DNA from: an uncultured Gammaproteobacteria bacterium
Lineage (GTDB): Bacteria > Patescibacteriota > Microgenomatia > UBA12405
Length of the DNA: 64,000 nucleotides
NCBI GenBank assembly: GCA_964544275.1
Contig: CAZIZX010000003.1
Location: forward strand, 107,705 to 171,704
Reading direction: 5' to 3'
Numbering within the stretch: the stretch's first letter is position 1; each line of letters starts with the position of its first letter. The notes under the pieces are model-generated. The model was not told the DNA's origin. It saw only the letters and a program-made list of their open reading frames with translations, and ran no database searches. Both the position numbers and the translations under genes were made by a program. Shown piece after piece: positions 57,164 to 64,000 of this stretch.

Positions 57164-58957
57164 GTGGACAACCAGGTCGAAGAAATCAAAAAAAAACTTG
57201 ACATTGTCGAATATATTCAAAAATTCGTTCCCTTACGCAAACGCGGTCGCCACTTTGTTGCCTGTTGCCCTTTTCACACCGAAAAAACTCCCTCTTTTAT
57301 AGTTTCCCCCGAACTTCAAATCTTTAAATGTTTCGGTTGCGGCAAATCCGGCGATATTTTCTCTTTTGTTGAGGAATACGACCGGGTCGAATTCAAAGAA
57401 GCCCTGGAAGAATTAGCCAAAATTGCCGGTATAACTCTCAAAAGAACATCTGGTAACAGTAAACAGGAATCCGAAACCAAACGCCTTTTGGCTATAAACG
57501 AGGAAATCTCCAAGTTTTATCACTACATTCTTGTCACCCACCCTTTGGGTAAACCAGCTCTGGATTATCTTGCTAATCGGGGTATCAATAAATCTTCCGT
57601 TAAGTTGTTCAAAATTGGTTTTTCTCCCGAAGACTCCAATCTTTTAGTTAACTATCTTAGGAAGAAAAATTTTCCCCAAAACGAGCTTATCGCCTCCGGT
57701 ACTATCGGCCAAAGTAATTACGGCTCCCGGCTTTATGACCGTTTTCAGGGTCGTCTGACTTTTCCTTTGACTGATTACCGTGGCCGTATTCTGGGTTTTT
57801 CCGGTCGGATCCTGCCTTTTACCCGAAACCAAAACTCAGCCAAATACATCAATTCTCCCGAAACCATTCTCTATCACAAGAGCCAAATGGTTTTTGGCCT
57901 TAACTTAGCCAAAGATACTATCCGTGAAACCGATTCTGTTTTAGTCGTCGAAGGCGAATTTGACATGATTTCGCCCTTCCAGGCTGGTATCAAAAATGTC
58001 ATTGCCATCAAAGGTACCGCCTTTACCGAAGATCAACTTCGCCTTCTTCACCGCTATACCGAAAATATCGTACTTGGGCTTGATTCTGATTTCGCCGGTA
58101 ACAACGCCGCCGTCAAAAGTATCGAACTGGCTGAAAACCTGGATTTTGACGTTCGGGTCTTGGTTTTGGATGATAAATACAAAGATCCCGACGAGGCCGT
58201 CAAAGATGATTTAAATGATTTTAAAAACAGGCTCGAAAACGCCGTTCCGGTTGGCGACTTTCTTATCACTTCAGCTGTCAAAAATTTTGGCATCGAAACT
58301 CCATCAGCCAAAAAAAAAGTTATGGAAATGGTTTTGCCTTTTTTAGTCAAAATCAAAAGCCCGGTTATCAAATCGGATTATTTGCGTCAATTAGCTACCG
58401 CCCTGGGTTCTGATTATCAATCAATTGTCCAGGAGTCCCAGAAATACCAATCAAACTCCACCAAACCCGCCGCCACTATTCCGGTGGCACCCGCAACAAC
58501 GCCTGTCGTCACCAGTACTTTAAACAATTTACAACAGCGCCTGTTACATTTAGTTTTCGGTTCCAAAAACCCACTCAAACTAGCCCAAAAAATTGAAAAA
58601 CACCTCCGGCTAATCATCGACCCCAAATACAAGGCGATTATTGATCAGTTGTTGATATCCTCCGAGTTTGACCCAAACAGTTTCCAGTCAACTCTGCCTG
58701 CCGAAAACCAGCAGATCTTTCAAAACTTATTTCTTGAATCCACTCGGGAAAAGATCGATTCCCTCCTGCGCCAAAAACAAATCAAAAAGACCGCCAACAT
58801 GATCTCAATCATTCTGATTAGAGAAAAAATGAAATTAATAAGTACAAAAATTGCTCAAACTGAAACCAGTCACCAGGAAGATGAACTAAAAATGCTCGAA
58901 TTGGAGTATAATAAGCTCTTGGAGCGTTTGTCGGGTCTCCAAAATCAAAAAACCTAG
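57164..58957 (+). CDS. dnaG: DNA primase
   Basis: CHC2 zinc finger CCPFHTEKTPSF...CFGCG. Toprim LVVEGEFDMIS and DSDFAGNNAA. 597 aa. Confidence 0.85.
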   Translation: MDNQVEEIKKKLDIVEYIQKFVPLRKRGRHFVACCPFHTEKTPSFIVSPELQIFKCFGCGKSGDIFSFVEEYDRVEFKEALEELAKIAGITLKRTSGNSKQESETKRLLAINEEISKFYHYILVTHPLGKPALDYLANRGINKSSVKLFKIGFSPEDSNLLVNYLRKKNFPQNELIASGTIGQSNYGSRLYDRFQGRLTFPLTDYRGRILGFSGRILPFTRNQNSAKYINSPETILYHKSQMVFGLNLAKDTIRETDSVLVVEGEFDMISPFQAGIKNVIAIKGTAFTEDQLRLLHRYTENIVLGLDSDFAGNNAAVKSIELAENLDFDVRVLVLDDKYKDPDEAVKDDLNDFKNRLENAVPVGDFLITSAVKNFGIETPSAKKKVMEMVLPFLVKIKSPVIKSDYLRQLATALGSDYQSIVQESQKYQSNSTKPAATIPVAPATTPVVTSTLNNLQQRLLHLVFGSKNPLKLAQKIEKHLRLIIDPKYKAIIDQLLISSEFDPNSFQSTLPAENQQIFQNLFLESTREKIDSLLRQKQIKKTANMISIILIREKMKLISTKIAQTETSHQEDELKMLELEYNKLLERLSGLQNQKT

Positions 58958-58989
58958 CAAATTACCTTAAAATTTAATATAATACCAAG

Positions 58990-60075
58990 ATGGCAGTAGC
59001 TCCTGATTTTTCCAGAGTAAAACAACACCTGGTCACCCAGGCCAAAAAACTTCATTATCTGACCAACGATGAGATTCTAGCTCAGATTCCCGAACCCGAA
59101 AAGAATATTGATCAAGTTGACGAACTTTTTGATTACCTCTTTAGCAAAGGTATTGACGTTTTCGACAAAGTTGAATCCCGCGAAATTGTCGAAGCCGACA
59201 AAGAAAAAGTCACCAGTGCCGACCTCCTGTCCCTTCTTTCCTCCAAAACCGGAGTCGATTCCGTTCGCATGTACCTCAAGGAAATAGGCAAGATTGACCT
59301 TCTTACTTTTGATCAGGAAGTTTCCCTGGCTCAGGCCATCGAAAAAGGTTCCCAGGCCGCCCGCGAACAATTGATTAATGCTAATTTACGCCTGGTCGTC
59401 TCTATCGCCAAAAAATACATTGGTCGGGGACTTACTTTTCTTGACTTAGTTCAGGAAGGGAATCAGGGCTTGATGCGGGCTGTCGAAAAATTTGACTGGA
59501 AACGTGGTTTCAAATTTTCTACCTACGCTACCTGGTGGATTCGTCAGGCCATTACCCGGGCTATCGCTGATCAGGCCAAAACCATCCGCATTCCTGTTCA
59601 CATGGTCGAGACCATCAACAAAGTCTACAAAGCCACTCGTGCCCTCACCCAAAAATTAGGCCATGAACCTGCCATCGAACAAATTGCCCAGGAAGTCGGT
59701 ATTACCGTCGAAAAAGTCGAAGAAATCTATCGTATTTCCCAGGATACCACCTCTCTGGCCACCCCGGTTGGTGATGACGAAGATTCATTTTTAGGGGATT
59801 TTATCGAAGATACCACTCAGCCGTCTCCCTATGAGGAAACCAGCAAAGAACTATTGCGTGAATCTATCGAAGAAGTTTTGGACTCTCTCGATGAACGCGA
59901 AGCCAAGGTACTAAGCCTGCGCTTTGGTCTGATGGGGGAGACACCCAAAACTCTCGAAGAAGTTGGCAAAATCTTTAATGTCACCCGCGAACGTATCCGC
60001 CAAATTGAAGCCAAGGCTCTCCGCAAATTACGCCATCCCTCCCGCCGTAAGAAACTTCAGGATTATTTAGAGTAA
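58990..60075 (+). CDS. rpoD: RNA polymerase sigma-70 factor (RpoD/SigA-like, lacking region 1.1)
   Basis: Region 2 [56 protein letters not shown]. Region 4 [29 protein letters not shown]. Follows dnaG as in the conserved operon. Confidence 0.85.
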   Translation: MAVAPDFSRVKQHLVTQAKKLHYLTNDEILAQIPEPEKNIDQVDELFDYLFSKGIDVFDKVESREIVEADKEKVTSADLLSLLSSKTGVDSVRMYLKEIGKIDLLTFDQEVSLAQAIEKGSQAAREQLINANLRLVVSIAKKYIGRGLTFLDLVQEGNQGLMRAVEKFDWKRGFKFSTYATWWIRQAITRAIADQAKTIRIPVHMVETINKVYKATRALTQKLGHEPAIEQIAQEVGITVEKVEEIYRISQDTTSLATPVGDDEDSFLGDFIEDTTQPSPYEETSKELLRESIEEVLDSLDEREAKVLSLRFGLMGETPKTLEEVGKIFNVTRERIRQIEAKALRKLRHPSRRKKLQDYLE

Positions 60076-60094
60076 CTTTTGATATAATGCTGCC

Positions 60095-60352
60095 ATGCCT
60101 CTAGTCGAATTAGGTTCACCCGAACCCATCAATATGATTGTTGACCGTCTCACTCTTGATGCCATCAATCAGCTGGCTCCCCAGTTCCCACTTAGTGTTC
60201 AAGTACTTACTCCTGCCGGCGAATTTTGCCGCTTCGCCCCGATTAATTTAGCCAAAGACGAGTCTTATATTAGAATTTACCGTCAGCGCCACGATCTTAG
60301 TCAATTTTGGAATCAGGTAAACGCCTCTGTTGATAAGTTACGTCAGCGTTAA
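60095..60352 (+). CDS. hypothetical small protein
   Basis: 85 aa ORF between rpoD and tRNA-Asn. No motif. Confidence 0.25.
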   Translation: MPLVELGSPEPINMIVDRLTLDAINQLAPQFPLSVQVLTPAGEFCRFAPINLAKDESYIRIYRQRHDLSQFWNQVNASVDKLRQR

Positions 60353-60396
60353 AATGTTATAATCTTCCTGCTCTTTAAATAAAATTTGTCCTACCA

Positions 60397-60469
60397 TCCC
60401 CTGTAGCTCAGTTGGTAGAGCGCGCGACTGTTAATCGCTAGGTCCGTGGTTCGAGTCCACGCGGGGGAG
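60397..60469 (+). tRNA. tRNA-Asn (anticodon GTT)
   Basis: TCCCCTGTAGCTCAGTTGGTAGAGCGCGCGACTGTTAATCGCTAGGTCCGTGGTTCGAGTCCACGCGGGGGAG. Loop ctGTTaa. Discriminator G. Near-identical architecture to E. coli tRNA-Asn. Confidence 0.75.
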
Positions 60470-62041
60470 CAAAACGGAACACTCAGGGTGTGAAGAAGCA
60501 TAATAATCGGAAACTTTCGTTAAATCATACTGTTCGAAAATCTTATCACCAGAATCTATCAAATTACCTAAATTCGAACTATTGGTTTGTTTTGCCAAAC
60601 TTTTAACCAATTTATATTCATCATCTAATTTAAAAATAACTTTCTCCCCATCAAGCTCCAATTCCTTAAAAGCCATTCTCATTAATTCTCGTCTTTTACT
60701 TGGTTCTTTATTATTTTTATATTTTTCTTCTCCACTTTGAGCCATTTCGTATAATGTCGCTCTTTTATTTTGTCCTTCGGTTGTTGCTTTTGTGTGTTTG
60801 GCAATATCTTTATCTAAACTAGACAATTCATCAGAAAATTCTTTAAATTTTTGATTATAGTAAGCCTCAGTAATTTTTCCATCAATTTTATCTACATAAA
60901 TCACATCTAATCTCTTCTTTAATATCTGTCTTTGTTTTTCTAGTTTTTCTATACTCTCCAAATAAAAATCGCTTTCCATTTTATGGCTCTCTTTTAATGC
61001 TTTACCTAGCCAAACCATCAATCTTGGATTATCTATTCTGAAAGTAGCTAATTCTTTAATTAACTGATCATTAACCTTTTCTTCTTTTGTCCATTTTTTA
61101 AAATTACAGTCATTTCTTTGGTTACAATGTCCATAAACAAATCCCTTATGTTGTTCCCAAGTAATCATTTTTTTACAATGAGAACAAACAAACATACTTC
61201 TAAAAGTGTAATCATGATGAGTATAGTAAGGAGTAGTTTTTGATTTTAATATTCTTCCAACTTTATAAAAAGTTTCTTCATCAATTAAAGGTTCCTGTTT
61301 TCCAACATATTCCACCTTATTCCAAGTCAATTTTCCAATATAAAAAGGATCAGTCAATAAAGTATGGATTCGACTTTTATGAACCTTTCCACCTTGGCTA
61401 CTTTTCAACCCAAATCTTTTCATTCGATCAACTAATTTTTCCAAAGAGTAATCGCCAGTCGCATAAAGCTCAAACATTTTTTTAATCAATGGAGCCATTT
61501 GTTCGTCTAATACATGAATTTTGTGTCCTTTATCTCCAATGGTTTTATATCCATAGGGTGGGGTAGTTGGGAGCCAACCTTGTTTAATTTTTTCCTTTTG
61601 TCCTTTTTTAACTTCTTCGCTTAAATTATCTAAATAATATTGAGCCGTTGTTACTTTAATTCCCCAAATAAATTTATCATTTGATCGGGAGTTTTTATGT
61701 AAAACAAAATTCTCCTTTACAAAATGAACCTGTTTTTCTTCATCATCTTCAATCCAATTATTAATCGCCACCGCATCTCTCATATTTCTAGTTAAACGAT
61801 CAGTTTTCTCAACCACCAAAATTTTTATTTTACTTTTATTCAAATAATCCAACATCTCCAAAAACATTTTTCTCTGTTTATGACCACCAGCCGATTCTGA
61901 TAATGAAAATATTTTCTCTGATTCAAATCCCTTATTCTGACAATATTCATTCAAAAGTTTTTCCTGAGAGGGAAGAGAGTAACCAGTTTCTTCCTGTTCT
62001 TTACTCGATACTCTACAAAATAAAACTGCTTTCATATTCAT
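60431..62041 (-). CDS. large serine recombinase (resolvase/invertase N-domain + recombinase + zinc-ribbon domains)
   Basis: N-terminal AVLFCRVSSKEQ (Ser nucleophile) and ILVVEKTDRLTRN. A long recombinase domain, and C-terminal CSHCKK...HC zinc ribbon. The ORF has no stop until it has read through 39 nt of the tRNA-Asn 3' end. Confidence 0.75.
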   Translation of the reverse strand: MNMKAVLFCRVSSKEQEETGYSLPSQEKLLNEYCQNKGFESEKIFSLSESAGGHKQRKMFLEMLDYLNKSKIKILVVEKTDRLTRNMRDAVAINNWIEDDEEKQVHFVKENFVLHKNSRSNDKFIWGIKVTTAQYYLDNLSEEVKKGQKEKIKQGWLPTTPPYGYKTIGDKGHKIHVLDEQMAPLIKKMFELYATGDYSLEKLVDRMKRFGLKSSQGGKVHKSRIHTLLTDPFYIGKLTWNKVEYVGKQEPLIDEETFYKVGRILKSKTTPYYTHHDYTFRSMFVCSHCKKMITWEQHKGFVYGHCNQRNDCNFKKWTKEEKVNDQLIKELATFRIDNPRLMVWLGKALKESHKMESDFYLESIEKLEKQRQILKKRLDVIYVDKIDGKITEAYYNQKFKEFSDELSSLDKDIAKHTKATTEGQNKRATLYEMAQSGEEKYKNNKEPSKRRELMRMAFKELELDGEKVIFKLDDEYKLVKSLAKQTNSSNLGNLIDSGDKIFEQYDLTKVSDYYASSHPECSVLLPRVDSNHGPSD

Positions 62042-62096
62042 TTAAGTAAGTTTAATTTATTTAATTATAATGTCAAGTAATGTTAAGTTAGTAAAG

Positions 62097-62714
62097 CTAA
62101 ACTTTATACAACAATTCTTCTAAAATATAATCTTCAACATAGGGATTCAACATTCTTTTTTCAATACGGCGAATCCTCATATGTTTTTTAGTTAGTTTCC
62201 CTTTATATGTTCTTTTTCTCATTGTTTTTTCTATCTCATCAACTTTATTTCTTAGCAAAATTTCATTATAGGGATAACCTCTATAAGTCGGATTTTCATT
62301 TCTTGATTCATAAGTTAGGTTATAACAATGACGACAAGCAAAATAATCAGCTCCCTGATAAAGTTTTGCCACTCTATGACCGCAATAAACCCCATTTTTA
62401 GACAGGCTACATCTGAACCAATATCTTTTCCCTCCAAAGTGGCAATCAGTCGTCTCAATCGGTATCTTATATTCAAAATTATCTTTTTTACCAGAATCTC
62501 TCCTAGTGATTATATAGTCGAACTCGATATATTTTTCCTCTTCGGTTATATAAGTTCGAAAACTAATACTTCCTGTTTTTTCACCTCTACAACTCCATGT
62601 CAAAGTTCCCCAATGATTTCCTTCAGTTAAATAACCATGTTTTCTCAAATAATAAATACTGACCGTTTTAAGAGAATCAGCTACTAGTCGATCTGAATAA
62701 CTATATCTACCCAT
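62097..62714 (-). CDS. hypothetical zinc-ribbon protein (mobile-element cargo)
   Basis: 205 aa with the cysteine cluster CHFGGKRYWFRC...CGHRVAKLYQGADYFACRHC. AT-rich codon usage matches the element. Confidence 0.35.
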   Translation of the reverse strand: MGRYSYSDRLVADSLKTVSIYYLRKHGYLTEGNHWGTLTWSCRGEKTGSISFRTYITEEEKYIEFDYIITRRDSGKKDNFEYKIPIETTDCHFGGKRYWFRCSLSKNGVYCGHRVAKLYQGADYFACRHCYNLTYESRNENPTYRGYPYNEILLRNKVDEIEKTMRKRTYKGKLTKKHMRIRRIEKRMLNPYVEDYILEELLYKV

Positions 62715-62794
62715 ATTTTTCTACATAACCGAAATAATTAAAGATAGAGCGATTTAATTCCTCTTTTAAACCTGAATTAAGACAGTCTAATATA

Positions 62795-62876
62795 GTAACT
62801 TTTATAAATACTTTACTTAAAGGAACAATAAAGTAACTATATAGAGTTACTATATAAAGATACTTTAAAAGTAACT
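62795..62876. repeat. four GTAACT/AGTTAC hexamer copies including inverted repeat AGTAACT-ATATAG-AGTTACT (candidate operator)
   Basis: GTAACT at 62795-62800, 62833-62838 and 62871-62876. AGTTAC at 62845-62850. All lie in the non-coding gap upstream of the 205-aa gene. Confidence 0.35.
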
Positions 62877-62878
62877 GT

Positions 62879-63235
62879 TCACATTTTATCAATTGCTTCA
62901 TAATCCTCCTCAGTTAAATCGGTCTTAGGTGATAAAGAATCCTCTTTGTCTTTTAAATATTTATAAGCTCGATAAATTTTTTCTTGAACGGAATTATATA
63001 AATCGAGGTCATCGATAAAAACCAATTCTCTCCATTTTCCATAAGCATTATATGAAGGGGATTGAATCCAAACCTTATCTTGAAAAATCTCGTGGATTTT
63101 ATTTGAATTGAGAATCTTCCAGCCATGTTCTTCCCAAGTGTCAAAAAGAATTACAGTTGCTTGAGCCAATATCGTCGCAGAGGAATTTAATTTGATTTTT
63201 ATTTTTATGTCAGACGGATCAATTTTCATTTTCAT
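62879..63235 (-). CDS. hypothetical protein, weak SpoVG-like pattern
   Basis: 118 aa. The core ATILAQATVILFDTWEEHGWKILN...VWIQSPSYNAYGKWRELVFIDDLDLYNSVQEKIYRAY loosely follows the SpoVG spacing (A.ASI.LD..F.V..IRV.....FV.MPS.....F.D.....L..Y). Confidence 0.3.
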   Translation of the reverse strand: MKMKIDPSDIKIKIKLNSSATILAQATVILFDTWEEHGWKILNSNKIHEIFQDKVWIQSPSYNAYGKWRELVFIDDLDLYNSVQEKIYRAYKYLKDKEDSLSPKTDLTEEDYEAIDKM

Positions 63236-63292
63236 AATTATTTTTTTAAAGATTAATTTTCTAGGTTCATAAACTTAATAAAACTTGATTTT

Positions 63293-63460
63293 TTACCTCT
63301 TTGACCAAGGTCTAAATTTATAAAGTGAGCAACCATTTAATTCGCAATCGATTTTCTTTTGACCACCCATACAATCAAAGCATTTTGACTTGATAGATTT
63401 TTCCATTTCTCTATGGCTTTTAATTATTGAGTATTTTGATGATGATTTAAGTTTTTTCAT
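63293..63460 (-). CDS. unlisted small ORF (55 aa) with C-x2-C-x9-C-x4-C zinc-ribbon-like motif
   Basis: Translated by hand from the minus strand: MKKLKSSSKYSIIKSHREMEKSIKSKCFDCMGGQKKIDCELNGCSLYKFRPWSKR. It falls below the 60-aa cutoff of the ORF track. Confidence 0.25.
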   Translation of the reverse strand: MKKLKSSSKYSIIKSHREMEKSIKSKCFDCMGGQKKIDCELNGCSLYKFRPWSKR

Positions 63461-63592
63461 TTTTGATTATTAATTTGTAAAAGTAATTGAAAATAGTTCA
63501 CTAAAAAATTAGCTAATTTGTTCAAACGATTTTGATCAAGTTCCAAATTGAACTCTTGTTTCAAAATCATTCCAAGCTCATCAACTAATTCT

Positions 63593-63844
63593 TTAGAAAC
63601 CACATTCCTCCCCATTCCCTAATCGGGATAAAAGTATTTTTCTTTGTTCGGAAAGTTGAATCGGTTCAACCCTCAATTCTCTTCTCCAAAAAGATTCTAT
63701 TAACTGATCTAAACCCTCTTCTCTTTTAAAGACAAATGCGGATTTTCTATCCGACAATTTCTCTATACAGTCGAGAGGATAAGAAAGGGAAATCACCACC
63801 GCCAAATTTAGGTCTGGGGTAGAAAAATATTCATTTAATTCCAT
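63593..63844 (-). CDS. hypothetical protein
   Basis: 83 aa ORF in the AT-rich element. No motif. Confidence 0.2.
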   Translation of the reverse strand: MELNEYFSTPDLNLAVVISLSYPLDCIEKLSDRKSAFVFKREEGLDQLIESFWRRELRVEPIQLSEQRKILLSRLGNGEECGF

Positions 63845-64000
63845 ATTAATTTAACTAATAATTAATATGGAGTTTATGGCTTACATACTGGTAAATATAT
63901 TACAAATGGCTTATTAAACAATTGTTTACTACATTAAGTGTTTGCCAATTTTTTCCGAGTTTTCCCATTTTTCCCAATTTTTGGAGGTCAATTTGATTAG

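Larger units (their letters stand above)
60397..64000. mobile_element. integrated element at tRNA-Asn (left end; right end beyond window), carrying a large serine recombinase
   Basis: The tRNA-Asn is directly followed by, and partly overlapped by, the recombinase gene. All cargo genes are on the minus strand. The region is visibly AT-richer than the flanking rpoD/dnaG region and has long non-coding gaps with repeat motifs. Confidence 0.5.

Noticed and set aside
60470-64000. attR direct repeat of the tRNA-Asn 3' end inside the window
   Set aside because: I searched for GGTTCGAGTCCACGCGGGGG-like copies by eye and found none before 64000. The right boundary presumably lies beyond the window.

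Overview
This 64 kb window looks like a compact, low-GC bacterial chromosome segment. Its gene content is typical of a reduced Candidate-Phyla-Radiation-like genome: short genes, tight packing and frequent 3-4 nt overlaps. It has several archaeal-type features, a standalone 16S rRNA with no 23S nearby, and only partial purine biosynthesis. This lineage call is an inference from the sequence and was not checked by any search.

I can support about 65 CDS, one 16S rRNA and five tRNAs: Tyr-GTA, Ile-TAT, two CAT tRNAs and Asn-GTT.

- **Housekeeping genes.** Identifiable genes include two class-A PBP paralogs, a central-carbon block (rpe-gap-pgk-rpiB, with a class II aldolase fragment and a PfkB kinase at the window start), xth, cdd, recF, uppS, smpB, a PurF-like amidotransferase, comFC, an archaeal-type TIM, zupT, rnhA, a VanW protein, tsaD, valS, rplY, trpS, a polyprenyl synthase, dnaG and rpoD.

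- **Glycan-assembly locus (6.8-12.0 kb).** An NTase-fold protein sits with a membrane GT2, a GT-C (PMT_2-like), a small 4-TM protein and a WecA/MraY-like transferase.

- **Pilin-like pair (26.1-27.3 kb).** Two adjacent proteins share a TrbC/VirB2-like C-terminal pilin domain, one fused to a Cys-rich ectodomain. A coiled-coil SpoIID/LytB protein is divergently adjacent.

- **Apparent TsaC-TsaE fusion (43.8-44.9 kb).**

- **LemA gene broken by one base** in a T-run.

- **tRNA cluster with Xer-like recombinase and VirB4/HerA-like ATPase (49.5-53.4 kb).**

- **Integrated AT-rich element from 60.4 kb to the window end.** It lies at tRNA-Asn and carries a large serine recombinase whose ORF runs into the tRNA 3' end, plus zinc-ribbon proteins and operator-like GTAACT repeats.

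I found no CRISPR array and no tmRNA.
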